From positions 2,660,887 to 2,724,886 of the forward strand of contig CM119267.1 in assembly GCA_051294375.1 (NCBI GenBank): DNA of 64,000 bases, given 5' to 3'. Below, piece after piece: positions 26,648 through 40,020 of this stretch (position 1 is the first letter of the stretch; each line of letters begins with the position of its first letter). The notes below the pieces were generated by a model. It made no database searches and had not been told where the DNA came from. It saw only the letters and a program-made list of their open reading frames with translations. The position numbers and the translations under genes are program-made. Origin of the DNA: Paraspadella gotoi. Lineage: Eukaryota; Animalia; Chaetognatha.

Positions 26648-27305
26648 ACAACGACTTAGATTCTCTTCGCTGGCGCCTCGAAAATCCGATCAATTCTTCC
26701 ATTTCCCCTCCTCTTCCTCCTCCTCCTCCTCCTCCTCTTTATACTCAAATCTCGTTCCTGTTTTCTCTTTTTTTATTTGTATCTATTAGTCGATGCTCTT
26801 TTGTCGCTTATATCGCGGGCGGTCGGCACGGATTTATATTTGACAAAAAAAAAAGTGTACAGTGGTGGGGAGAGTAAGGGGGGAGGAAGTTTGTTTAGAA
26901 ACGATGCCACCCACGATCATTGGAACCGAAAAAAAAACTTGACGCCGATTTCGGATGGCATCATCACCAATAAGGAGGCTCAGGTATCACAATCGCTATC
27001 ATCGTCGTCATCATCGTCATCATCATCAATTGCTTGACCAGCTCTTTCGGTTTGATTGCTTGCTTGGTTTTTGTCCGTTATTTGGATCGTTTAGTTGTTT
27101 AATTGATTGATAGTTTGATTGCTCAGCTCGCTACCAAATTCCCTCTCTTCTTTATAAATTCCAGTTCGTTTCGTTGCGTCGGGCGAGTAAGTTCGACTAC
27201 TTAACCTCTCCCCCCCCCCCTCCCCCCCCTCGCCCAGCCTCCCTTCGTTTCGTCTCGGAAAAAAAAAAACTTTTTTCCTTCATTGAATTTAATCCCATTA
27301 AGAAG

Positions 27306-27342
<37 letters not shown>

Positions 27343-29059
27343 ACTCTCAGTCATACCTGCCCCTCTCTACCAGCCACTCCATAGCGCCTCTAATGGTGCT
27401 CTCCTCTCCTCTCTCTTCTCTCTCTCTCTCTTCTCACTCCTCTCTAGACTGGGCCAACGCAGAGAAGGTAAAAAAAAAAAGGGGGGGAAAACACTTTTCG
27501 GGCCTAAAGTAAATTTTAATGGGCAGGGATTACCGGTGGGAGAGAGAGAGAGAGAGAGGAAGAGAGAGGAGAAGAGGAGAGAGATAAAGAGCCCTTCAAT
27601 TCCCATTTTTCCCTCCCCTCCAACTTTGGTTTTGGAAAAGTAACTGGATAGAGCGTCGAATTTTTTTATGCTGAGGACGTTAATTTTGATTTACGCATCC
27701 TAGAACCGACATTAAAAAAGAGACTTCTCTTCTTTCTCTCTCTCTCTCTCTCTCCTCTCTCTTTCTCTCTTCTCTCCCTCTCTCTCTCTCATTCTCTCCT
27801 TCTCTCTCTCTCTCTCTCTCTCCTCTCTCTCTGGGATTCAAACTGTCTGCAGACAAAAGAAACGAGATTAGATTCATTTCACGATCGGGAGAAAACAACA
27901 ACAACAACCAACAACAACAACAACAACAAACAACACCCAACAACAACAACAACAACAACAACAACACAACAACACAAGGCAATATTTCGAATTCAAAAGT
28001 TATCGAATTTAACGCGTCTCTCTCACTCTGCTCTCTATCCTCTCTGTCTCTCATTTCTATCTCCCTCTCTGTTGCTCTCTTCCTCAGTTCTCTCAATCTG
28101 TCTCTCAATCTGTTCTCTACTCTGTCTCTCACCCTGTCTCTCACCTTAGCCGAAGATAAACAGAAAAAGTGCCATTTAAATTTAAAGTTTTCATCGATGG
28201 TCTGAATTTAAATCGTTTTGCGTCGAAACGTACTTTGGCGGCTTCCAGTTCTATTATCTCTCACGAGCGACCTCGCCAATCATTTCGGCCTTTATTTTCT
28301 CAGGAATGCCTCGTTTTATGGTTTAAATGTCGCGTTTTTAAATGTTAGGATTAAGGAATCGGATAGTTGATTAAAATTCAGAGATAAATTTTGTAATTTA
28401 AGGTTTGGGATTAGGTTTCGAGGTAATTGTTAAAGGTTAGGGATATATATTAGGGCTCTAATTCTACCACTGCCACCACATTTTAAGGAAAAACTTATAG
28501 ATTTTTTTTTTAGATTAAATGGTGATGGCGAGACACGGGCAGGAGTCCCTTAATAAATATTACTTTATCTACAACAAACTAAGGTCTATATATCGTCTAT
28601 GGGAAGAGGATCGGTGGTAAGTGCGTCAATTTAACCATTCCAATTGATTCTGCAAGCCGGTTCTGGTTCCATCTCGACAATAGGTTTTTTGGAAAATTCC
28701 ATTCCATGCGAGAGATCATCCGACCCGATGATATTAAATATAAAAATTCAAGTTCGCTGATACAAGAACCCGAAATGGGCAATCTCCGAAAAGAGAGCCC
28801 AACAATTTCCCCCCCCCACAATGAAAAGTATTAAACCTTTTTTCTCTTTTATTAATAAAACTAAAAACTGAAATTGTAGCCCAGAAAAAAAAAATAGACT
28901 GTCTGGGTGTTTAATGATTTCGCTCGTCGGTTCGAATCTTTCGCGCCCTCGGACTCTACTTTTTTAATTTAAAACTTATTATTTTATCAATTTTGTTTTG
29001 TTGTTTTTTCCAATTTTTCATAAGGAAAATATATTTTTGTGTTCATCGGAGGGAGAGAG

Positions 29060-29133
<74 letters not shown>

Positions 29134-29618
29134 GAGAGTGGAGAAATTAAGGAAGCCCTTTCCTTTTTAAGTTTTTTTTTTTTTTACAATGACAGCGTCG
29201 ACGAACGATAATAGTACAAAAATAGATGCCAAACAATTTTAGTGTTTATAAAAGTTTTTGGTGATAATTGCTAATCGGCCTCCGCCTCTCGACGAGTTTG
29301 GGTTATTTAACTTGTAAAAAGGACTAAATGGGATGAAGGATAAGAAAATTTGTTGACTGTCACCTCTCTCTCGCTCTCTCTCTCTCTCTCCTCTCTCTCT
29401 TCTCTCTCTCTCTCTCTCTGCTCTCTCTCCCCACATTTTTTTTCTACGAATCTGGCGCCGATTCCAGGCGCCAATGTCAAAGGATATCTCCGCCGCCGAC
29501 GTAATTGGAAAGCGGACGACGACGGACGGAGACGACGGACGACTTGGAGAGGAAGAGGGCCACACTGGCGGGCGACGGAGGCGAGGAGCAATTTTCTGTC
29601 GCCAACTGGAGGATCGAG

Positions 29619-29662
<44 letters not shown>

Positions 29663-30177
29663 ACGACGACAACTTACCGTCTATCATTCGAAAGACCTCA
29701 TTGTTATGAAAATGCGATCATCAGAAAAGGTGACCCGACTTGACAGGCGAGGGCGACACACGGCGTCGACGACGACGACGACGACGACGATGACGATGAC
29801 GACGACGACGAGGACGACGAGGACCTGTGGTCAGGTTTGTACCAGAGCTATCAGCGATAATGAGAATCTTATAGAGACGCACTTTCTATTGGTGGCGAAA
29901 TAAGCAAGTTTTGCATAACCTGTATAATTCTATTTATCAAAAAATATTAAAACTATTTGAGATAAATATTAATAGTATTTTCTTAAAATTATAAATTACT
30001 GATAAAAGAAGAAAAAAGAAAAAAAGAAAAAAAAGAAAAAAAATTTTTTCGTAGTGAATTAAGTTCGATTTTCGGATTTTTAATCTTTAGGAGAAAAAGT
30101 CTTGAGACAGATGGACCAATCCCCCAGGCTCACTCGAAGGGGTGAGACGACGACGACGGACGAGACGGACGACGACA

Positions 30178-30245
<68 letters not shown>

Positions 30246-30899
30246 ACGACTCGTGCTCGGGATCAAAGCCACAAAGTTATCGGAACTCAAAAATACGTTG
30301 ATGCCCCGTTTTTTTTTTTATCTTGAGACTTCGCGATTCCTTACCATCATATCTTCTTTATGGCTCTCCCTGTTCTCTGTCTCTCCTTGTCTCTTGTCTC
30401 TCTCTCTCTCTCTCTCTCTCACTCACTTTTTTTCTCGCTAATACAGGTACGCCAACAAATACAATCGCTCGCCACCGTAGGAAGACCAGCATTCATAGGA
30501 AACATAAGAAAAGAAAAATATATCCGTCAGCAAAAAACAGTTCTAATCTAATTCTAATCTTATTGAATTTCTATTATTCCACTTCTTCATTCCTATCTTC
30601 ATATTCTAATTTCTTATCTACTGTGAAACCGGACCCTTCAAAAAAAAAACCAAATTAACAGTCGAGTTTTTGTTCCTCGAGCTTTTTTTAAAAACTCTCA
30701 ACTCTCTTCTCCCTCTCCTCCTCCTTCCTCCTCCACTTCCTCCTCCCCGTAATTTAATTTGCCCCGACGAGACCGTGACAAATTCGTCGTCGAGTCAAAA
30801 AAGTCGAAATGAAACCATGAAATCGGAATGAAGGAAGAAACTGAAAGCCCGCGGCCCGTTTGGCCGCCCCGAATGAGGAGAGAGGAGACGAGAGAGAGA

Positions 30900-30935
<36 letters not shown>

Positions 30936-32174
30936 ATGAGAGAGAGAGTGAGAGATGAGCAGAGAGAGAGAGAGAGTATCAAAAGGCACGAGAACATTCA
31001 AATAGCTCCTCCTTAGTTACCCTAAGAAAAAGTGATCGAGACACACAGATAGCACTCGGAAAATAAATTGAATAAATTTAAGTTAAAGAGAGAGAGGAGA
31101 GAGAGAGAGAGAGAGGACGAGAGAGAGAGGAGGAGACGAGAGAGAGTATCAAAAGCCACGAGACATTCAAATAGCTCCTCCTTTAGGTTCACCCTAAGAA
31201 AAAGACCGAGACCACACAGATAGCACTCGGAAAATAAATTGAATAAAATTTAAGTAAAATAACTTGAGAAATTAGTTCTCGTTAAAGATAAATATATCTA
31301 GATAAAGATAAAGACCAAGGCCAAAAAGAGTCTACGAATTAAAGTTCGATCTTTTGAATTTGAAATCGTGAATCAAGGTGACACCGAACGACCTAATTTC
31401 GTCGCCCTGACTGCCTCAAACTCCATTAGGACTTTCTATCCATTTCTTTACCTTATTTCTATCCTTTCTCTCCTCCTGCGTGACTTTGTTAAACCAGTTT
31501 ATTCTTTCGTTCTGTTTATTCTCTTTCATTGGTGAACGTGGATATTTGTCTCTCCGCTGATTTCCACGTTGGAACCGCTTCCACGAGACCTTAGATAAAA
31601 AACCAATTGTCTCTCTGACTGGGGGCCCACTTCGAAATTTTTCTTCCAGTCTGTAATTTCAATCTTTGATAGATCGTCGTCGTCGCTCTCATCGTCGTCG
31701 TTGTCATCGTCGTAAATTTCTCCCGCATTTTTTCCGATAAAAATCGGCGAATGCGACTTTTGTTTTTGGGATTCGAGGCGGCGCCGCGTCGATCCAAGAT
31801 ACTTCTCGATTCCCTTTACAGTTGTCGATCCCGATTTTAGTTTTCTTTCTTTATTTTATCGGACCTTCCATTCCTCCTTTAAAAACCCCCTGAGTGAACG
31901 ACGAAGACGACGACGACGACCGAACGGCGGCGGCGGCGGCACCCACCGCTGAGAGAAGGCGCCAAAGAGGTAAACCAATTAATGACACCATCAGAGCCGG
32001 GGCGAGAAGATTTTTAAAATAAAATTCATTTTTCAAATTCCTCTCTTCGTCTCGTCTCTCTCTTCTCTCTCTTTCCTCTCTCACTCTTTTTTCCCTTTTT
32101 TTATTAATCTCTCGTTTTTGTTCCTTGAGTTGTCGGCGAGAACGAGAGAAAGAGAGAAAGAGAGAGAGAGAGAG

Positions 32175-32216
<42 letters not shown>

Positions 32217-33275
32217 AGAGAGATTTTATCTTTTGATGCTCAACAGACATTTAAGAGGTAAGTTAATTTGAAGCAAATGCGTTCTAAGAAATTGGAAGAA
32301 GAGACGAGTAGACAAGTTAATTCGAAGGTAGCGTCAGAGAGAGAGGAGAGAGAGAGAGAAGATAGAGAGAGAGGAGAGAGAGAGAGAGAGAGAGAGAGAA
32401 GAGATGATGAGAGAGAGAAGAAGAGAGTCGGCTGTCAAAGAATTTTTAATCGTTAAATCGTGCTGAAGGGAAAGCTTTAAAGATTTGCGGGATTTTTAAA
32501 CTGAAATAGAAGAAAACAAAGAAGAAATACATAAAAAATATTTATTTAATTTGAATAAATTTATGATATTATATTTTTAAATGAATTAATATTTATATTA
32601 TATTTATATTTTTTTTTTTTTTTTTTATTTTTTTTTTTTCCATTTGCCAAAAGGTCGACTCGGGTCAGAAAGACGGATCAATCTCATTGAGTTTTTAAAT
32701 GCAATATACAGTTAGGCGCGCCAAATGTATTGATTAAATACTGAGTCAGCTGATGTCATTGATTAATTTTAAGGACTTACCTCTTTTGATGACTCATCTC
32801 AAATTGGCCGCCGCAGACGAAAACGTCTACCCCAACGGCGCGCCCTTCGTCAAAGCAGCAGGTTTCGCAGACAGGGAAATCCAAAGTTATAGACAGCGCC
32901 ATAAGACTAAAGGGGGGCGCTTAGTTAATAATGTTTCGGTTGGGCGCCAATAAAGGGTGGGCCGCTAGTGGCTGACCTCGATGATTTCGATCGCCAGGGC
33001 GTCCGGGCGGTCTTCATTAGCGTCCACTCTCCAGGTGGAGTGCGGTCTGTGGGGAGTGTGCCTCTGAATTTTTGGTTCAATTTGTTCGCCGCTTAAAGAA
33101 CATTCTCTTCCGCTGAATGAAGCTGAATTTGTTAAATTTTGCGCGAAGGAATTTCACCATGCATTTTTTCGAACACTTTCATTGCACTACCTGCTTAACT
33201 TCATATGTTATCTCTTCTTCGGCCTTATTTTCCCAGAAACAACCCATTTTATCTAAAATTCGGAATTAGGTTTAG

Positions 33276-36200
33276 GCCATAGCCGATGAAATTTAAATGT
33301 TAATGAATACAGCGTAAAAATAAATCCTATCATGACCATACACGGTTCCTTTTTACATCGGATTTAAATTCGCATTGGAGTTGCACAAGAATGAGATTGG
33401 TTCCCGGGATACGTTTCCGGACCTTTAGGGCTACACAAAAAAAAAAAGGGTAATCAAATTTTTCCTAATGACAGTTTTTTTTATAAATTAATATTAAATA
33501 GCTATATAAAATTAATAATAGTAAATAAATCAAAAAATCTAAAACAATGGTTTAAATTTTTAAAAAATGAAAATATCAGTGCATCATCCATAATCCTATG
33601 AACAATTTTCTTTCGTTTGGTCCATAACCTATTATTCTATCTTTAATTAGTTTAATTGTAATTAATTTTTCTTATAAAATATTATTTAATTTTTTTTCAA
33701 AAAATTTTTAAATAAAAAAAAATTATAACTATGCCAAATTGATTGAAGAAAAATCTTATATATATAAGGACATTACCTACCTAATATAGCGCCTTCAAAT
33801 ACATATATAGTAAGTTTATTATGATGATGTTTTGACATAGAAATAAATAATTTATTAAAATAATATATGAAAAAATTTTAACTTTTGAATTCTTTTTTTC
33901 GCACTAATTAAGCATAATTTATATTAATTGTTCATTGATGCTTTTAATAGCTACTGGTTCAGTTGTATCCCCAGCTTTCATTCTCAATTATAAATGAATG
34001 TTTATAACTTCTCTATTCTTTAATAATACTGCTGCTATATTACTTACTTTGACAAAATCAAAAAACTACTGATATTAAAAATGGTGAGTGTGATGAAACA
34101 GACAAAAACTTTTTAAAATCACATGCGCTATTTAATTGTTTGAATGATATAATATATACCTTTGGGACAAAATTCAAAAAGTTTCTAAAACAATCCCAAA
34201 ACTTGACATTTTAAGGTTCAAATGTTATAAATAATTGATATTTCGGGACTGCTTTGTAGGTTTTAACTAATTCGAGTAGCCTCTTAATATGACAGAAAAG
34301 CAGCTACTATTTAACAGTTTTTTTATTTGGAGTGGGCATCAAAGTTCTTAATACATATTAACATCAGTATATGTAAGTATAGTAGATTCCTCTAAGATTT
34401 TTTAATTTTGAAACATTTTACTTTTTTTCCATATTTTTTTGACACGCAAAACGTTTCTTTGATTACGCTAAAGAGAATGTAAAATAAAAAAATAAAAATA
34501 AATAGTACCAATAGTTAGAGTTTGTCGTAGAATAGAATAAAAAAAACCTTGTTTAAAATTTTGATTGGGAATCGGGTAAATAAGGCTTACCAACGGCATA
34601 TCTCCATGCTGGTCATTCTCTCAATTAATTTTTTTAATTAATACATTTGAAAGGGAAAAAACAGAAAATTCAGACTGCAGGCGGTGGCCCATTTAAAGGG
34701 TAGAGAAAATCTGTACATAGTGGCATGATATAATGGACATTTTATGTCTTAGCGTAATGGGGGCAGTAAAGAAACCTTAAAAAATGAAATCATTAAGTCA
34801 GTCAATGAACCCTTTTTCGCCGAATTTTTTTTTTTCTTAATTAAAATGGACGTGATAATAATAGAAGTCAAATTCACCTTTATACAGGTTGTTATATTTA
34901 AAAGAAAGCATTAGACAATTACAATTCAACTACAATGATGTCTTGCTTTTGTCAAAATATGTCAGCAGTAGAATTTTTTAAGAAAATTTTATTATTACGA
35001 TAAACAGCAGTATTATCAAGCTTTTGCTTTGCAGTTGAAGATAAGAAAAATTGATTATTTTTTTTCACAAGACAAGAAGGTAGACGTCAGACTGTTTATA
35101 TCAAGCTGAAAAAATTTTATTATTTATCATTTTATCATAATAAAAAATATTTTCTATTCAAGCTACTACAAATCTTTTTTGCTTGTTTCTTATTTTAACT
35201 AAAAATACAAGCAAAAAGTTTAAAAGAGGAGAAAATTTAATGATAATTAAATGCTTAATTCAGACTTTCCTCTTTCAATTGTACAAAAGAAAAACAAAAA
35301 AATTTCCCATTTGCCTTCATTGAAATTTTAATGCAACGTATACTTTTAACTCGTATTTAAATAAAACTGTGAAAGATTTATGGATAAAATTTAAACAAAA
35401 ACTGTTCTAGAAATGTTCTATGTCCCATGATTAGGGCTTAATTTGATCCACACCTACCTGTTCCTATCTTTTTTTTCAAAGATATCATCAAGAAAAATAA
35501 CTTTTATTACTTTTTTGCATCCTTGCAGTTTTTTTAACACAACAACTTTTGGCCTTAAAAATGTCTAGTTGGGATTGTTAAAACTTTTTACAATATTGTC
35601 CAAGGATAATATAATAATCACTCCACAAAATAAACTAGCATACGATTTAAAAAAAAGTTTTCGTCTGTTTCATACATAATTTAATATCAAGTAACTTTTT
35701 GGATTTTCTAAAAGTAAAGTAACATATACGGCAGTCACGTATTACTAAAACATAAAAAGTTATCAATTAATTATAATTGAAAAGGAATACAACTGACCCA
35801 GTAGCTATTAAGCATCGAATTGAACAATAATTAACAAATATGTTTATTATGCTAAAAAAATTCAAGTTATAAATTTTTCATATATTAATTATTTAATTAT
35901 TTATTTTCTATATCAAACATACATCATAATAACTTACTATATATGTATTGAAAGCCTATGATTTAGGTAGTAAGTCCATTATAAATATAAATTTTCTTCA
36001 ATCATTTGCATAGTCTACTATAATTTTTTTAATTTTTAAAATATTGAAAAAAGTTAAAAATAAATTTTAATAAAGAAAAATTAATTACAAAAAAAACTCA
36101 TCTAAGATCAGAATAATGGTAGGATCAAGACGAAGAAGAAATGTTCAGAATATGGCATGATGCATGAGTATTTTCATTTTTTAAAAATATTTAAAACCAT

Positions 36201-36939
36201 TTTTTAATTTTTTTATCTACTTATTGATTTTTATATGCTAATTTTAATATTAATTTATAAAAAAACTGTCATTAGGAAAAATTTGATACCCTTTTTTTTT
36301 TGTGTTAGCCCAAAGTCCGGAAACATATCCCGGGACATCTCATTCTTGTGCGCACTCCATGCCGATTAATCGCATGTAAAAAGGAACCGTGCATAGATTA
36401 TGATATTAAAAGATTTTGTCAAAAATGCTTTCTTCTGAGGTACTCGCCTAATTTAAAAAATATTATATTACTATATAGAGCAAAAAATATTTTTTAAAAT
36501 CTTAAAATTTTGTCATGGATTCTATAGAGCATAAAAAATTAAACAAGAAATATAATTACAGCTTTTTAAAAATTCTTCACGTTTTCTAAGTATGAAAATA
36601 TAAAAAAAACTGATAAAATTCATCAAAACTGATGATGATGATGATTTTTTATAGTTTTTCTCTATTTGACACACTTATCGTAAAAATATTAAAAAAGATC
36701 ATACTTGTGTAGACAAACTTTTCTGAGCTATCGAATATTGGTCTTAAAATTAAAAATTCAAAAAAAATTTTTGGCCCTTCCTATCTATAAATAATATTAA
36801 AAAATTAATTACTAGGGTATAGAGGCCATATTAAGAAATTTTTGTCCATTGGAAAGTATTTCTTAAAAATGCTAAAATATCGTTTGAGAATGTACTCACT
36901 CTAAATTTTTTGGACTCACCCCATGAGTGCGGTACCCCT
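33276..36939. mobile_element. AT-rich insertion with ~900-bp internal inverted repeats (fold-back/Mutator-like DNA transposon)
   Basis: Absent from the left arm, which has a single AATTAGGTTAG (reverse complement, ~12272-12282). Flanked by AATTAGGTTTAG (33264-33275) and AATTAGGGTTTAG (36940-36952), a ~9-11 bp TSD. Inverted repeats at ~33320-34225 and ~35540-36415. The superfamily is uncertain. Confidence 0.7.
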
Positions 36940-38001
36940 AATTAGGGTTTAGCGATTAAAGTTAGGGATTGGTTAGTGATTAAAGGTCTTGGTTTTGAGT
37001 TAAAGATAAAAGACGTGGGTCAGAAAGGAAATTATGAATAATTGGTTTTAGGGTTTTGGTTAGAGTTAGGGATTATGGTTTAGGAGTTTGATATAGTGAG
37101 TCAGGCACTGCAATATGTTCACCCCCAAGCTATAGCATTTATACTCTTAGTTATGACCCGGTAATAAATAGCTCTTGCAATTAGGTACCGTAATTGATCT
37201 CAATGGTACTAACTCCCTTCAGGAAGCGTTAAAAACGGCCATATCTTTTGGAAAAACCCTTCAAGCCTGGTTCCAAGCCCAGGCCTTTCCTTGGCGTTAG
37301 AGGCTTAAAGAAGTTGCGGAATAGTCAACTTCAAGCCCCACTTAGCGCTTTATCCACATTAGGTTTAAACCTAGTTCAACTTGTAAAAATATTAAACAAA
37401 AAATTAACTTCTGGGTAAACAACAATGGGGCACTTCTCAGAAAAACAGAAGCCCTTTTAAAGTTTATTAAAAACCATAAATAAAAATAAAATCAACCAAA
37501 AGAAACTTGTCAAATGCAGAATATCTCGTCAAATTTAAAAACTCCAAGCATTCAAAGGCAAAGATATAAACTTTCGTCATTTTTTTAGCCAAAATAATCA
37601 ATCGATCGATTTCCCTTTTCTTGTTCTTCGCTCCGTCCTTCCGTCTCCGTCCGTTCCTCTCTGTCTCTATTTCTGTTTCCGAGCCATTTTCTCTTCCCCT
37701 TTTTACTTGGATGTGTTTTCGTCCAGAGTGTGCGAACTATAGCTAAGGGGGCCCGAAGAGAGACCGATTTTCAGCGAAGAAAGAATCTTGCGCCATTTTG
37801 TCTCTCTCTCTCCTCTACTCTCTCTCTCTCTTCTCTTAAACCCTCTCTCGCTCCCTACTTTGCGACTATTTGAAAGTCGTCGTTGTCAAATCCTAATGAC
37901 TTTGCTTGATCCATAAGCAAATTTTACTTAACATCATTCTGCCTCTCTCTCTCTCTTCTCTCTCCTCTCTCTCTCCTCTCTCTCTCTTCTCTCTCTCTCT
38001 A

Positions 38002-38035
<34 letters not shown>

Positions 38036-38329
38036 CCCCTAAAACCTTATTTCTCTCAAATTCTACCCTTCAATCCTCTATTTTTTTTTCGGTCCCCTCC
38101 AGTATCATGGACTGACATTTGTGAAACCCAATTACACAGACGACGACGACGAGAGCGACGACAACGACGACTGTTGATGACGCTTTGCTGAAAAATTCGC
38201 CACGAAAGCTGCAGAGATCTAATTCGGCCTTCGCCAGCCATCGGAGGGCGCTGGCTGTCGCAGGGGAAGAGGGAGGAGAGGAGACTGCGCGCGAAGGGGG
38301 TGGGGGGTTGCTCTTGGAAGCTTTCAGGT

Positions 38330-38710
38330 GGTAGCGGAGAAGCGCGTAGCCGAGAGCGGTTAGCCGGAGAAGCGGTAGCGGAGAAGAAGCGGGAGCATAG
38401 AAGCGGTACGGAGAAGCAGTAGCGGAGAAGCGGATGAGCGGAGAAGGCGAGATTGGGTTAGCGGAGAGAAGCGGGAGCGGATAGCGGAAGCGGTAGCAGA
38501 GAAGCGGGAGTGGGAAGCAGGAGCGGAGAAGTTTGGTAGCGGAGAAGCGGAGCGGGTAGCGCGAGAGAGAGAAGCGCGGTAGCAGTAGTGGAAGCGGAGA
38601 GCAGGTAGCGCGAGAGAGGGAGCGTAGCGGAGAGCAAGAAGTGAGAGCGGTAGCGAGAAGAAGGCGGGAGCAGTAACGGAGAAGCGGAAGCGGAGAAGCG
38701 GAGGCGAGAA
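38330..38710. repeat. Degenerate minisatellite (AGCGGAGAAGCGGT)n
   Basis: Tandem AGCGG(A/T)G units; this is the source of spurious ORF 38070..38786. Confidence 0.88.
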
Positions 38711-39779
38711 TGCGGGGGGTGGAATTACGTTTCTTTAGTGGAAGATGTACAGTCATGAAAGAATTTAGTTGAGCAGGGAACTTCATACATTTTATGTTTT
38801 AATGTTGAAATTGCTAAAAATAAATGACAAAAAAGATATCAGATGTATGATAGCAAAGATATGTTTAAAGATTGTTCTTGAATTTGTTTTAAATCAACTC
38901 AATAAGCTAAACGATCGGAATTCTTCAACATTCGTAAGTCGCCCCCGAACGATTTAAAACCTTTTTAAAAGTTATAAAGCTTGTGAAACCTTCAATCTTT
39001 TAATAAAAATTTAGCACGGAAAAAAGATGAGACAACACAGACAAAAGCGTTAAGTCTATAAAATAATGTAAGGCATAATTTCAAAAAAGATTTTAAATTA
39101 AGTAATCAATATCAGATTGGATATTAAAGTTAGCAAACGAAAAGCTAAAAGCGATTCACAAAAACTCACGTTGCCACTCGCTGTTTTCACTCACAGAATC
39201 ACATACTCGCTATTGCAAAAACCTAGACTTGTGGTAATAATGCGTTAACATCCTTCACTTCATTGCCGCTCACTATGCTAATCGTCACTCGCCAAGTCGC
39301 CGATTGCCACTCCGGCTATGGAACAATGGCCAACTGGTCCGCTCTATTAATCAGACCAACTCTGAATTATTTTCCCGGCGTCGTTATATGACGAGTAAAT
39401 AGGACGGGAGGCGCCGTTGATAAACCAGGACTTTTCCCGCGGCGCGTGATTAACCAATCGAGTATCACATTTTTTTTTCGGCGCTGGAAATCCAAATTAA
39501 AGCGAAATTCCATTAAACCTATCCAGTTTGATGCCCTTACCTCAACCGCTAACACTCTTCTCTCTCTTACCCTCGGTCCCCTAATTCTGGGAGATCGCTG
39601 ACCTCCCGGAGTCATTCGGTCAAACCACCTTTCCTTTCCTCTCTTTTTTTCCCGCTGTCTTCGTCAGTGTCGATTCCTTCCTCTCCTTTCTTTCATTTCC
39701 TTTCATTTGCTTTTCGTTCCTTTCCTTTTTTTTCCTTTTATTTCTTTCATTCCCCTCTTTCTTACCTTTTACTTTCCTT

Positions 39780-40020
39780 CCTGCTTTGCTTCTTGCTTTG
39801 CTTTGCTTGCTTTGCTTTGGCTTTCCTTTCCTTTCCTTTCCTTTCCTTCACTTTCCTTCCTTTTCCTTTCCTTTCCTTTCCTTTCTTTCTTTCCTTTCTT
39901 TCCTTTCCTTTCCTCTTCCTTTCCTTCTGCTTTGCTTCCTTTCCTTTCCTTTCCTTTCCTTTCCTTTCCTTTCCTTTCCTTTCCTTCCTTTCCTTTCCTT
40001 CCTTTCCTCTTCCTTTCCTG
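39780..40020. repeat. (TTTCC)n / (TTTGC)n pentanucleotide microsatellite
   Basis: Directly visible. Confidence 0.92.

Larger units (their letters stand above)
27830..39548 (-). repeat. Right arm of ~30 kb inverted duplication (contains an extra 3.7 kb insertion)
   Basis: Reverse complement of 9650-19700 except for 33276-36939 and ~38330-38900. Confidence 0.92.

Noticed and set aside
9650-39548. Giant autonomous transposon (Polinton-like) with 10-kb TIRs
   Set aside because: No polymerase, integrase or transposase ORFs and no TSD at the outer ends; the arms are ordinary repeat-rich genomic DNA.
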